From the NCBI GenBank assembly GCA_040357565.1, contig JBDODJ010000057.1: 64,000 bases of DNA; one strand, given 5' to 3'. Origin of the DNA: Cercozoa sp. M6MM (taxonomy: Eukaryota; Protista; Endomyxa: Ascetosporea). The position numbers and the translations under genes are program-made. This document shows positions 1 to 15,251 of this stretch, in pieces; the stretch's first letter is position 1, and each line of letters opens with the position of its first letter. The notes beneath the pieces are model-generated. The model searched no databases and was not told the origin of the DNA. It was given only the letters and a program-made list of their open reading frames with translations.

Positions 1-1209
1 TGCGTGTGTGTGTGTGTGTGTGCGTGTGTGTGTGTGTGTGTTTGTGTAAAACGTACCATATATGTGGGGTTTTGCCGTCTTCGCCAACGTTTGACGATGC
101 AAACGGTACGAACGACAGGTTCTACACGTAGCCAATACTTTTAACCTTCGCGTGAATTCGCCTTTCTGTCAATCTACAGTACCTTTTGAGCAGAAAAGCG
201 AGGAAGTGCACAATGTTGAGAGAGGGTTGGAGTGCCGTTTCTTTTCTCCGCCTCCGCATGGAGCATATGTCGTAGGCTTGCATCAACGACTGGGACTCCT
301 CACTATCACCGTCTCCATCGTTCTCTCCTTGCTCCTCATCGGAGCTTAGTATTTCGTCCTCGGTGTCGGTTAGTCCGCCCTCTGAATTTAAAGTACTCCC
401 CGTCATGAGAAACCTCCTGGTTTGTTTTGCTATACCAGCCCGAAGATCCAGTCGACTGCGACGCCGACGGCTCGTGCGACCTACCTGTGAACTCGCCAAG
501 ACGTCCACCTTCAGAACGTCTTTTTCCTTAAACAACGCGTACATCGACAGATCGCTCCGTAGCGTCCTGAAGCAGAGCGGAGAGTGACTCTTCCGTGCGG
601 CATATTTCTGTCTTCGCCACAAGCTTGAAGTCTTTGTGCCTTTGCGGATATAGGTTTCACCAGAATATTACCCGGCCTATCGAAATCGTGAGTTGCATAC
701 GTACCAGCGCACGCGAGGCGGCGCCGCTCATTGCTCAAACTTACCATCTGTCGTAAATCACAGGTTGATGCGAGCTGTGTGGTCATCCTTGGTGTACCCC
801 GTGCACTCGGCCGAGCACGCGACCTCAACTCCCTCCATAGTTGCGCGTCTGCGAGTCTTTGCTTCTTTGCCCCTTTGTATTGCATCGCGATCCGCTGTAT
901 CGCGTGCCTTGGATCGGAAGTGCTCACCTGACTTGAAGCTGAAGAACCGTGATCGGAGATTAAAGTTGTTTCCAAATTTTTGCGAGCGAGTCCACGACCA
1001 CGCACGCTCTTCCTTTCGTGCTGCCGCACGCTTTCTTTCACAGCTTCTTTGATTTCCGTCATAGCATCGGAAGGTTGTTGCTCTCGACGCTCAACACTTG
1101 GTGATGAAAAAGGAAGCACATGGGTTGCGCTTAAAAGTCTCAGTGAAGGAGCGAACGTAAGCTTCTGTTCGAATCGCCGCATTTCAATCGCTATATCAGC
1201 CAGGCGCAT
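1..1209 (-). CDS. Hypothetical multi-exon protein with acidic low-complexity stretch; 3' end runs off the window
   Basis: Long ORFs 511-1209 and 122-622 on the - strand joined by plausible GT-AG introns; no recognisable domain; start uncertain. Confidence 0.4.
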
Positions 1210-1420
1210 TCATGAAGCGTTGGAAAGGCGAAACATGATGCCTTCTGTTTCCAGTTCGAAGAAACGCTTCGACTGACAGGTTCAAAACGAACAAACTTGT
1301 TTTCGAGCACTAAATGGCACAGCACGTGTATGTGGCAGCTCTTAAGGCGCGTCAACTCGCGTTTGAGCTTCACAGGACTCAATTCCTGGCGTCGGATAGC
1401 AAAAGTGTGCCGCTCCTGCG

Positions 1421-2653
1421 ATGAAGTGGCGCAGCAAATCTCCGGTCTACCACGCCGTTAATGATTGTGAAAACATCATCGTTCGTGCCGATGGCTTGCA
1501 TCGAAGACCTTCTCGTGGTCCCATGTGGCGACGAAGTCGCGGCGCTTTGTCACGTCGGCAGGTCAAAGTCGCTTTTTGGCTGACTGTGGTAGTGTTCCTC
1601 CTGCTGACGATCTGGGTGGTCGTCCGCAGCAGCGATGCTGCGAAAGGTGCTAGTCATAGCTTTTCCACACTCAGCGACAGTGAAATCGATTCCGCTTCGA
1701 CCGACAATGCTACGTCGCTGGACGAAGAATTTGACCGCAACGAAGCTGCGCATATCTGTGCTTTGCCTTTTGGGGTTTGTCATTAACCATGTGGTTGAGG
1801 ATGTGAGGTTGGGTGAACGCACAATGAAGCATGTTCTGCTACTTGTAGCTCCACCAACTTCAGAGCCACGAGAACCAGAGCTGCCGGTGACGCTGCAGTT
1901 GTTTCGGGTTCTCGAGGAAGAACCCGAGCAAAGGTAAATTAGGTCGTGCGTATGTTGCCTGCGGCGGTTGCTGACGTTATTGCTGGTTAGGGAAAAAGAA
2001 AAGTGGAACAAAATGCCAGGATACAAGTGGCGCCCCACCAAGCCAAGTAATCTTTGTTTGGTTGAGTGTGAAGCTCGTCAACGTCAAAAAAAAAAAAAAA
2101 TTACAGTGCACATAGCAAACAGCAGCTTGGGTCGAAACGTCGGTGCTGACGGAAATTATTACCCCCCGCATCTACGATCCGCCTTCTCGTTTGTACAAAA
2201 AACGCATTCCATTCCCTTGGCTCTTCTAGTTTTAAAACGCAAGTGCAGGAAGGAGCGCGGCGTTTGGATAAGGTCTTGATCCCGGGAATCGACGTCCCTC
2301 CCGGCAGTATGCTTGAGGTAATCGATATGTAAATTTATGAGCTGTTTATCTCGGTTGGTTTGACCTCCTGAATGCGCGCATATGTAAACTTACCTAGGCA
2401 ACTTGGCGCACAGTCTCTACAATGTCGGTGGAACCGCGTACCGACTGCGTTTGGAACGTTCCTCATCGCGGACTATTGAGCGCAGCCATAGTTGGCACGA
2501 ATGGAGACGATGACCTTCCAGTCGCTTCCATCAACGGCACCGATACTGCACATGATCCCAGCGCTCATGTGCGTGCAGCAAATCGTAACACTACCCTCAT
2601 TAGTTATGTATATTACATAAGTTTACATATATATATATATATATATATGTATG

Positions 2654-2692
<39 letters not shown>

Positions 2693-4214
2693 CATAGCAT
2701 GTTATGTGAAAATGAAGTATTGTGTCATCCAGTGTAGGCTGGCACAGCGAACATGAGTTGTTCGCGCCTTTGTCACAAGCGCGTTTCATGGAACTCTCCT
2801 CTCTGGTAAATGATCTTGACTCAAACCACCACATTGACAGAAAACCTCCACTCCATTTTGTGCAGATCGTTCACAATCGACCAGCATGGGAGATTGAGGT
2901 GCCTAAAAAGGAAACTACGGCTATTGACGACCTATCCAATGGAGTTGATGACGCACGCGAGGACATCGTCATCGAAGAAGCCGAGGAAGACAACAACGAT
3001 GACGACGTCCCCATCTTGAGCACGCAAGTGTCGCAACATGTGCCTATCATCGTCATCTCGTCCGCCAAGTCACCTAGGTATCCATTCGTGGAATGTAAAG
3101 CAGTAACAGTGCCCAGCAAGATTGTATTTAGGCGTCGGGCCGTGGCCAAGCGACTTCATAAAGCTGGGTTAGAGTTTGCTTTCTTCGATGCCATGGTAAT
3201 ACTGATACTGTACTTTACGTTTGATTAATCGCGGCAGTGCTTAGTTTAACGATCATGAGCAAACTTAGGCACCGCATCCAGGTGAAGCGGACAGCGCTGT
3301 CAGCTACTTTCGTCGTTGGGCGCTACAGCGGCAATGCTGTTTCCCGCAGTGCTGGCACAAGCATGCGCAGTTGTGGAGACCCGGTACAACTTACTCTTTC
3401 TGCTAGTTTAAAAAGGATAGCACGTTTATGAGAAAGTTTGCATCTGAATAAATTTAACAACAGGCGATTTGGGTTGTCTCCTAAGCTATGTGGAAGTTGC
3501 TGGCATCATTACAAGGTCTGTCGTTTTCTCCGGGTATGTCCCTGTTTGTATTTATCAACTGGCAAACATGCAAAAGGCACCGATGGCCACTGACGTTGGT
3601 GATTGAGGACGATGTGCTGCTTCGTGAAGATGTTGACTACCGTCGTGTCGACTGGCGCCAGTGGGCTCTCGGCGACTGGACTTCACTGTTTCGCGCATTG
3701 TGATATTATTTTACTCCCCCTGGTGCTTTGGGATTTCTCTCAAAGACGAACTATGCTGTGTTGTAGACCAGGACAAACGCAGTGCAAGTGGGGAACAGTC
3801 GCACAATTGATAACCTACGAGATGGCAGCTTCTATGTGGATGCGACGTGACTACGTTTTGTCTCAGGTACAGGCACTTTTCACATGTAACTTATACCTTG
3901 CAAACAAGTAGTCGCACAAAAGTTACTTCATTTAGGGACATGCGATGGACAACCTGCTATGGTTGGGACACATGAGCTACTTTGGCACACATCGTGCGCC
4001 ATACTGCGAACACCCGGATGACAGTAGAGATGGCGACGAGCACGAACGCAAGAGCGTGCGACTCGATCGCTACCTTTTCGACCACGACGTCAACCTACCA
4101 AGTGACCGTCTGACTGCCAACGATCGCGTAGCACCGATATCCAGACTGCGTGTATGTATCTGTGCTGATATGACTGTACTCAGGAGGGCAAGGAAACCTA
4201 CCGACAGGAATTGA
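1421..4214 (+). CDS. Glycosyltransferase family 25 (LgtB/COLGALT-like), type II membrane protein
   Basis: N-terminal TM (VAFWLTVVVFLLLTIWVVV). Spliced motifs IIVISSAKSPR-RRRAVAKRLHKAGLEFAFFDA, KLCGSCWHHYK, LVIEDDVLL and WGTVAQLIT parallel the GT25 motifs. 3' end approximate. Confidence 0.7.
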
Positions 4215-4633
4215 GGAGTGCCAAGAAATCCAAGAAACTACATGGGCGTGCCCGACGCAACAGGCATGCGGCCGACACCCAGACGTGACAATGAGTCGAG
4301 TCATGCGACGTTTACAGTTTTGCATGTTTGCCAGTACGTTAGTATAAACTATTACCGTTCAGTTGACGCACAGGCGGACCGAACTGAAACACTGTAGCTC
4401 AGTGACTCAGTTTAATAGCAACACTGGGTAGTTTAAATTTATAATTAGCTCAGTGAGGTTGCTAAATGGAACGGAACTGGACGCGACACGCAGGGCGGAT
4501 GCTCCGCCAATCATGACAAGTAGGTTCAGTTGACTTTAGTTGAACTTTCAGCAAAGTGAGCTCTCTAGAAGTACAGTGCCGATTTTTTGAGCTGGGTGCA
4601 CGCAGAGCGACTGTAGAGCAGCGCTTGAGCAGA

Positions 4634-7524
4634 ATGGACGAAGTGCTGTTTCATGATGATATTGAGAATGGCATGGGAATGCCCATGGACGATGCCAGTT
4701 CTGGTTACGTACGTGTAGCAGACTCGGAACCTCAACACAGAAGCGGAAACATGCTCGCTGTCTATCAGGGCAAAAACGGACAACCTGTTGGTACTGCTTG
4801 ACCTCGGTGAAATCCGGGAATGTAGTTTTCAACATACTAATCAATTCAGATGTGCATTCAGGTATTGCCGTATTCAACCATGAAACGAGGGACCTTGGGT
4901 TGACCACCGTTAGCAGCATTCTGGATGTGAAAGACATCCAGTCACAGCACGCTCCAGTGCTTACACTCACAAACAGATTACCAGTATCGTCTTTCTTTCG
5001 AAACCTGCAGGAGAAGGATTCGAGTGACGACACCGCAGACGATACTATATATGAGAGCGAGGGTGAAGACCCCGCCAGCAACCTTGATGACGGCAAGAAT
5101 GACGCGAACTGCTACAAAGTGAAGAGTTGTAGGGCATCACAGTGTCGTCCGTATCTGGTCAAAGAGTGTGTTCTCGTTGCGAAGCTCAATTGTTCTTGTG
5201 GACTACAAAACAGTCCGTATATTACTGTAGCATGCTTCGCTCGTGCGTTGTGAGAGAACTTCCGGGTTCAGGGCACCTCGCGACTGTGCAGGAGGCTGTC
5301 CTCCTGTTTTCACGGGTCATTCCTTTCGACGAAGAACATGTCGTGAGTGCAGTGAGTTCGCTTCGTGGTTGTCTATGTGGGGTTACAAAAAGTATGGTAC
5401 AGTGTTTATTGTATTGTCAGTTGGGGATGATACTTGAACACCTGCACACGTTCGACGAACTGGGTCTGCAGTTCAATTCATTAAAGCACGTTTCTTTGAC
5501 GGGCACTGTCGGCATGGACAAGGACGCTTTTAACGGGCTGAATGTGTTTAAAACAGACACTCATCCAAGCAGTCGTAAGTGTGCCTTTCCAACTCGGGTG
5601 TTTTTGTTGTTTCGGCTATCTTCCGCACCGATACATTGCCCCCCCCCCAGACGGGTGCAAGCGAAACAAAGTCGGGTTGTCCTTGTTTTCTATCTTTCTT
5701 TCCTACGTGACAACGCAAGGCGGAAAAAGGCGTCTGAAAGAGGTGTTTCGATTCCCCATTTCGAACATCGAGGAGATTCAGGAAAGGCAAGCATCAATCG
5801 AGTACTTGATTAAAACGCCTCGTTTATGCGGCTCTATCAAAAAGTCACTGCGCAAACTGGTATACCAGACGCAAACCCTGCCATTTCCACCGACTTGTTG
5901 ATACGACAGTCGTATCTGGGCAGTCTCCAATTGAACGTGTGCTCGCTCTTGTGCGCATGAAAAGCAAACAACTGCAGTGGGGACAAATCAAACGAATGCA
6001 CGATACGCTGGAGTCGCTGTTGCAGATACTGCAAGTCATTGGCGAGAAGTATGATCCTGACGAAGAGTACCCAGACATTTTCTCTGAGCTCAATCGTATC
6101 AACTCATTCCATCGCGCTGTGTTCTCCGACGTTGTTCTCGAGTGTCGCAAGATTGACTTCCAAGCCAGCAAACAGCAGAATCGCATCGTTTTTCGAAGAG
6201 GAGTGGACGAGGCATACGATGAAGCAGCCGACCGCATTGAGTCCGTTCCTGAGGTGCTAAACGCTGTCTCCGCGAAGATTCAGTGTCTGTTTGAGGGTCT
6301 CGATCACAAGCCAAATTTGGAGTTCTCGGTCGCCACTGGTATATGTGGAGTTGCTCTATCGCCCGAGTTTGACAAGATCGACGACATTGTTGAGCTTCTG
6401 TTCAAGGAAGACGGCAAGGTCTACTACCAAACTGATGATATGGGTCAGTTTCATTTTCTCCTCTTTCATGCAGAGCTTCTGTTGACTTGACGAGATTCAG
6501 TTGTGAAGTACAGTTGAAACACAGCGCTTCATCTATGAGTGGATTGAGTTGCTCTTGGAGGAAGAACAAAGAATGACCGACGTGCTATGCGACGTACTTC
6601 TCAAAATCGAACCTCAGTTGAAGAACGTTCTGCGCTACATGGATGAACTCGACGTGTTTGTCGCCGCTGCAGAAACTGCAGTTGCGTTCAACATGACATG
6701 TCCTCAGGTGACAAATAGCAACGTGCTTACCGTTCGCAACTGTCGCAATCTGTAAATCTAAGAATATTATAGTTGCAAAACTCTTCCCACAACCGTTACG
6801 GTGTTATTTCTCACGCGCAGAATACTTGAATGGAAGCTCGAAAGCTCGGCAGTTGTTCCGAACTCTGTTTGCATGACGGAAAGCTCCAGTCGTATTCTTC
6901 TTGTGAGTGGACCAAACGGTTCCGGAAAAAGCGTGGCACTAAAAGCGTTTGCTTCGTGTGTGTACCTCGCACACCTTGGCTTCGTAAGCTCTTTTCGAAT
7001 TCAGTCAAACTGTTTCAACGAATGTAGTAACGTGAGTGCAGTACGTGCCGGCGGAAAGTGCTGTCATTGGCGTTGTCGATGCGATCATGACTCGCCTGCA
7101 TGCTGGTGTGTTAAACCACATTTCTTTGCTGTTATGTTACAAAAAGCACCGAATAGTTGACACGATCCATTCAACTTTGAGTGCGTTTTCAAGGTGATGA
7201 ATGTACAAGCATCGCAGCACGCTTAATTATAAATTACTTGTCTACCTGTACCTAGAGACCTCTCGCAGGTGGGTTCTATTCTCCGAAAGGCTACGTCACG
7301 CTCCTTAGTCACTATCGACGAGTTCGGAAAGGGTGTGTCGATGCAGCATTGACCTACGAAGTGTAAACTGACATGAGTATTTACAAACTGTACATTTACT
7401 CGAGCAGGGACCCTACATGCCAACGGCTGTGGTTTGCTTGCTGCTACCATCCGGCACCTACTCTACCAAGCGCGTCCTTGTGCCTCGCCGGTTCTATGCC
7501 CGCGAGTCCTCATAGCAACACAGT

Positions 7525-7572
<48 letters not shown>

Positions 7573-7582
7573 NNNNNNNNNN

Positions 7583-7654
<72 letters not shown>

Positions 7655-8259
7655 ATTACTGATCACAAGCACATGTGTTTCTGTACTGCTGCAGCTTCTA
7701 CGAGCTTTTCCAGGACCAAATTACGCGTCTGATTGTTGGCGATCACATCCAGGGCGAGAAACTACTCGCACGTGCCAAGATGGAAATCCACGTCGGCAGT
7801 GACAGCATTCCTACCTTCCAATACCGGCTCGTTTCAGGCTTTTGCGACAACTCGCTTGCGGCACTGTGCGCGAGACGCATCGGCGTCCCGCAAAAGATCA
7901 TTAACCGTAGCTTGAGGCTTTGAGACCGAGTTAATTTAAATGGTGTTGCACGCTTTGTAGGCATGGAAGAAGTGCGACGTCTCTTCGCGCAGCGAGATCG
8001 CGCAGGAATGCGGCACTTTGCAGATCAATTCGACGAGAACTCTTCGTTGTCGCTGCACGAAAACTCTGGTTTGCTGACAACGGAGCGTCTTTGGACTGCC
8101 ATGTCTCGCTCTGACACGAGAAGTGCAGTGAGCCACGTTTGCACACTCATGGACGGCGCGCTAAGCGAAGCCTCTACCACCGGCGGCTCGGTGACGTCCG
8201 ACAACTTACGCACGATTTCGAAGGCCGCGAAGCACGTATTGGTAACAAATCACTTCTGA
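4634..8259 (+). CDS. MSH5: MutS homolog 5 (meiotic)
   Basis: Walker A GPNGSGKS, YLAHLG-YVPAESA, IMTRLH, SAFSRDLSQV, ATSRSLVTIDEFGKGT (MSH5-type), FQYRLVSG...SLAALCARRIGVP; no mismatch-binding domain I visible. Confidence 0.85.
7525..7651. repeat. (CT)n microsatellite with N gap in an MSH5 intron
   Basis: Directly visible. Confidence 0.95.
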
Positions 8260-8412
8260 ATTACTGGGACCTGTGCGATGCGACGGAACTTGCAGCAGTA
8301 AATTCGCACTGTGTATATGATGTGCAGGACAAAGCTGCTAACACGAATAATGCCAACTTCAGCGGCTGAACCGAAAAAACTCTGCTCCGTGTGTTTCGTG
8401 CTGGATAGTGAC

Positions 8413-8575
8413 GGAGGCCTTCTGTTCGCTTGTGCTGCAGTGGCGGAGACGAGTATTGGAGGCGTGCCGCGCCTTCCCACAACACGTGTTTGAGGGCAAC
8501 GTTAATGACGACGACGATGCCAGCACTAGTCCGGCGAATCGTTATGTGAACTTTCCTTTCATTTGGTTGAAACTG
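8413..8575 (+). pseudogene. Inverted, frameshifted duplicate of a late ABHD17-like exon plus flanking intron sequence (source about 21404-21571)
   Basis: About 160 bp nearly identical to the reverse complement of 21404-21571, with small indels. Confidence 0.85.
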
Positions 8576-9307
8576 TACTGTACTCGGATCGCAGCACAGT
8601 CCCGCGATTCAGCAAATTTTCGACTTGGGCGTCTGGTGGCTTCGGCTTAATCCCCCTCCGCCCGTTAACAAACTAATTAGTACTGCACAAAGCAGACTGT
8701 ACTCGTGCAGGTGATGGCGCTGTTGTCGCGAACCGAGTTCGTTGGTTCTGTTCGCGCCTTTCAGACAGCCATCGACACCTTCGAACGGCGTGGTATCTAT
8801 CCACCATGGTGCAAACTCTTTTTTAGATAGGCTCGGCTAGTAGGCAAATACTGTAATGTAAACAGCAAGCGATCGCTGCCGGTGGAGCAAGCCGGGGCAG
8901 CGACGTCGGCGCAATGTCGCGACGACAGTTCGGAGTGCGTTGGCGTTTTTTGCCCTCCTGTATACCCGACCCCCGGTTTACCCGTTTACCCCCCAGAGCC
9001 ACAAACTCTTCTCTTTTTTGTCTGTGACCTGTCCAGCCTGTAGACTGCATAATCTGAGTCAGTCTGTAACAGTTTTTTGTATCACTGGCTAAGTCCCTCA
9101 ATTTACCGAGGCTTAACCCCTATCTGAGAGGGCTGCGGTAACATAGTAACTACGACGCGATGCGTACAGTAGGCGCAGTGCACTAGCATAGCGTAGCGCA
9201 GTTGAGCAGGCTCGGCTAAGCGGTCTGCCCGTTCGAGTCGGTGTGTTCGTGTTCAAGATTTACGCGAGTGGTCCTAGCGTAGTCGAGTCGCGACGTCGCA
9301 CCGCGTT

Positions 9308-10588
9308 TTACTGGTTCTTGTCTTTGCTGCCACCGCCGCATTTGGAGTAGTCAAAGCCACAAATGAAGGAGGACAGCAGCCAGATCAGCACGGCCAGCAG
9401 CAGGAACAGGAACAAGAGGTTCTTGCAGTTCTTCCTGCGAGCACAGACACCATACACACATAACCTCAGCAGCGAAAGAGCCCTCGTCGTACCACCACAT
9501 GTGACGATGCAAGCGACGCGACGTGCCGCGGTAGATCTCGGCGTCTTCGTCGATACGTTCCGTCTTGTCGACCTGTTGATTGTCGTGTCACATCGGTGGT
9601 GAAGAAGGACACAAGAACAATGTGAACCAAAATAAAGAGCGAGCACAAGGATCTCAAGGCGCTGCGAGCGGTCCAGGAGCTTCTCGATGCCCTGCTTCAC
9701 TTGGTCCTGCGCATCCTCAATGTCCTCCTGGATACGGCGCATCTTGGCGTCCTGGCCTTGCGAGTTCCAGTAGTCCATCTGCTGTCTCAGCGTGATCTGC
9801 GCAGAATCAGTAGGTCACAGAGGGCAGCGGGGGGGGGGGGGGGGGNNNNNNNNNNNNNNNNNNNNNNNNNNNNNNNNNNNNNNNNNNNNNNNNNNNNNNN
9901 NNNNNNNNNNNNNNNNNNNNNNNNNNNNNNNNNNNNNNNNNNNNNGGTCCAATCAGGCAACGCACCTTGAAGTCAGCGTTCAGCGAGAAAGCGAGTGCCG
10001 TGCGCGCACGCTCGCCGTAGGTCGACCCTGCAGAAGACAAGAGAATAACAGGCGCATGGGGGGGGGGGGTGAAACAGAAGCTACGGAATCGATCGGCGAT
10101 GTCACGCAAGAAACGGAAGGGAGCGACGCTAAAACACACACACGCCAAACGTGAGCACACAGGGCACATTTACTCTGCCAGAAACCAGAAATACCTGCCC
10201 ATGGCGTTGTCGGCCATACACATGTAAACAATGCCATCGATGGTGATGTAGTGGAAGTTGTATTTGTTCGACGTGATCGAACGACGCGTTTCGCCTGCCG
10301 CCGACACTTGCAGCTTCGGCAGCAACTCGCGCTACTTGCAAACAAAATGACATCAACACGCATGCTCCAGTCAAGCGAAATCACAGTAAAACAAGCGAAA
10401 ATTAGCGAGAAATTTCGTGAAAGTGCGAAAAGTTGCAGTCAGAAATGCTCAGAAAGCATTAAAGTCATCAGGCAGAAATGCTCAGAAAGCGTTACCGTGA
10501 TCTGCGTGAAGTTGCCCGTGACGCCGCTGGACGTACACTCGGCCAGCACGTGCGTGTCACGCGCCACTAGCGAGTACAGGATCGGCAT
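9308..10588 (-). CDS. VAMP7: Longin R-SNARE (VAMP7/VAMP71 family)
   Basis: MPILYSLVAR..VLAE, YNFHYITIDGIVYMCMAD longin domain, R-SNARE IEKLLDRSQRLEILVDKT, C-terminal TM. Confidence 0.9.
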
Positions 10589-11082
10589 CTCGCTGCGTTC
10601 ACACTAAGATTTGGATGCTTCCCTGCACAAACAAAAACACACAAACAATCAGCACAAACAGTAACAATCAGCACAAAGCTGTTCACACGCAGCACGCGAT
10701 GCCATGCACCTAGCTTACAATCCGTACCTGTAGGGTCGCGTCTAAAGCTGTGTCGCGCCCGATACGGCCAGAAGTGTCCTTGGGTCGAGCTGGAGCAGAC
10801 AAAAATAATTTCAAGTTGAGACGATCGCATTTTTCGGAATTCGATCGGAGAAAGTGAGCAAAAACAGGACGGGCGAAGTGGTATAAGTGCAGTAAGCGGG
10901 ATCTAAAGGCAGGGGAGGCAGGTAGCTTTGTAGCTGATGTGAACCAGCAGCTAGGTGTCGCCCTAGACTAGAATCCAGGTTAGCAGGTCAGAGGAGGCAA
11001 AATCAAAAAATCTGTTGGGTGCATTCAGTTCAGTTTGGTCGGTCAGTTTCTCGAAACTCTATCGACATCGATCAAACAAAGG

Positions 11083-13054
<1,972 letters not shown>

Positions 13055-13553
13055 GCTCTGCGATCAACACAGAATTGGGGTCAAACGGGCTTTGGAAAAG
13101 GTATTGGTTTGGCCCGCGATCAAAAGCAATCCAGCGATGCAAAATCAGATAAAAGAACCTTGGTTGGCGTTTCTTGCGAGTTAGCACACGCACTCGCACC
13201 CGCTCGCGTGCAAAAACTCGCCAAATACGATAACTCCGGACCAAAATAATCACGGTTCTCTCGATCCGTTGCAAGAAACGCACGATCCACAGTTGTTTGC
13301 AGTGCTTCCTCCGCTCTTTGCAATGTGCGATCCCTGTGAGAACACACAATTTTAATGAATGGCCTGCTTTACTATCGTGCACCAAAGCAGGATTTTTCAT
13401 ATTTTCTGGCTAAAAATTACGAAAAACCGAACCACCGCGTCGGCGTCGCGCACGGTAATTAACGAAGTTCACCCGGCCCAGGCGAATAAATCGAACTGAA
13501 GAATGCGTTAGCGACTTGTTAAATCCATCGGAGACTAAAGAAATCTTGCATTT

Positions 13554-13603
<50 letters not shown>

Positions 13604-13627
13604 AAAACTACGGTACTGACCGGACGA

Positions 13628-15209
13628 TCAGCGCAACAGTAGATCAGCGTAGACCGGTAGGTGGTCTGACGGTTCCGTCTGTGACACCACACAATCCACA
13701 TTGATCAACTGTTCGACAGGCTGATTGCAGGAGCAACAACGCACAGAAATGTCGGGCAGAAGATCGGACACACGACGCTCAAGAGCTCGAGGACCCTGTT
13801 TTCCGCAAGTGACGCATGATGGCAAAGTCAATTGTAAGTTGAGAAACGCACCTGCAGGTCGCCAGAGATCTCAATCTGGCCCGACACAAAGATGTGGTCT
13901 AGCAGCTCGACTCGGTGTTGCTCGCTGCAGACACCTTATTCTTCTGGATCGACAGGTCTGGGAGAGGGTAAGATAAGTATACGGGTCGTAGCTATCGCGC
14001 GCAGGCCACCGGAGCAGCCACTGGCGCAGTTGTTCCGTGTTGTAAGCCGATGCATGCTTCGTCAATTGACGCGACTCCGGCACGGCCTGGCCGCGCAACT
14101 AGAGCGACACACGTAGAGCTTGTGTCAAAGCGTGCAGGTAGGGAGGTTACCTTGCTGTTGCTAAACAAACTGGCATCGCACGAAACGCGCGTCATTGCCT
14201 GCAGTTCATAAGACAAGACTCCTCATAGAGGTGGGAGTCTTGTAAACTACAGGGCAGTGTACCCCCATAAGAGAGACGGCATGCGACGGTTCGCCACTGT
14301 CGTGACTCTCCTCGTCTAACAAACAACAGGAGGTCGGGTCCCACAAAAGGATGCAACGGAAGGGTAGAACATGAGGATCAAATACAAGGGTACAACACAA
14401 GGTATACCAGGCGCTGCGTTGAAATCGCCGGCCACAATGACGCGTCGTACGTCAAGTTTCGCGTGCTGCCGCAATGCTTGCGAGAGCTTTCTCAGCAGTA
14501 CCTGGGGAGGTTAAGGTAATAGGGTGAGGGGGGAGGAATAAACACGATACCGCCTCGAACTCGTTGGCGCGCTGGAACACCGTGCCAGTACCTCGGACCA
14601 TCACCTGTATATATCAATATACACCAGTTACATATACCAGCTATATATATATATACCGTGACATATCTTATGCTATATATATATATATATATATATTCCG
14701 AGTTATGTAGAGATGTACCAGTTAATATAGATAGCAGCTTTGTATAATAGAAGATAAACATAAAGATGGACATCAATTATGTCTATAATGTGTACCAGTT
14801 AACAATAGATAAGGAGAAAAAGATCACCATACCAGATGCGAGGTCAGCACAGCGAGGTGTCCGTCCAGCGAAGACGTGCGCAGCAGGGCGCCCACCACGA
14901 CCTGCGAGAACTTCTTCATCAGACGCTCCTTGAGCGCGGCGTCGTCCTCAAACACTCGTTCCGGCAGATGCGGCCGCGTGCGCACCGAGAAACACCTGAT
15001 GTTGGTAAAAGTGTAGGGGGGGGCAAAGAGAAGGCAACTTGTACCCATTGGCAGCAACACTGAGACGCAGTTCGAGGGTTAACTACAAAAGTGAAGTCGC
15101 TGAAGGGCTTGAAGGGGCAAAACAAAGTGGTGCTACAGTATCCTTCAGCCACGGCACTTCCTCCGGTGTCACACATCTGCGCATGTGTGTGTGTGTGTGC
15201 GTGTGTGTG

Positions 15210-15251
<42 letters not shown>

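Noticed and set aside
8259-8370. piggyBac-like remnant (LAAVNSHCVY; TTAA-CCC nearby)
   Set aside because: Too short; no DDD motifs or paired termini
13690-13831. Apparent CxxC...CxxC zinc finger in ORF 13628-13831
   Set aside because: Both Cys pairs fall in introns of the EEP gene; the spliced protein reads LPDIS-TEPSDHLP
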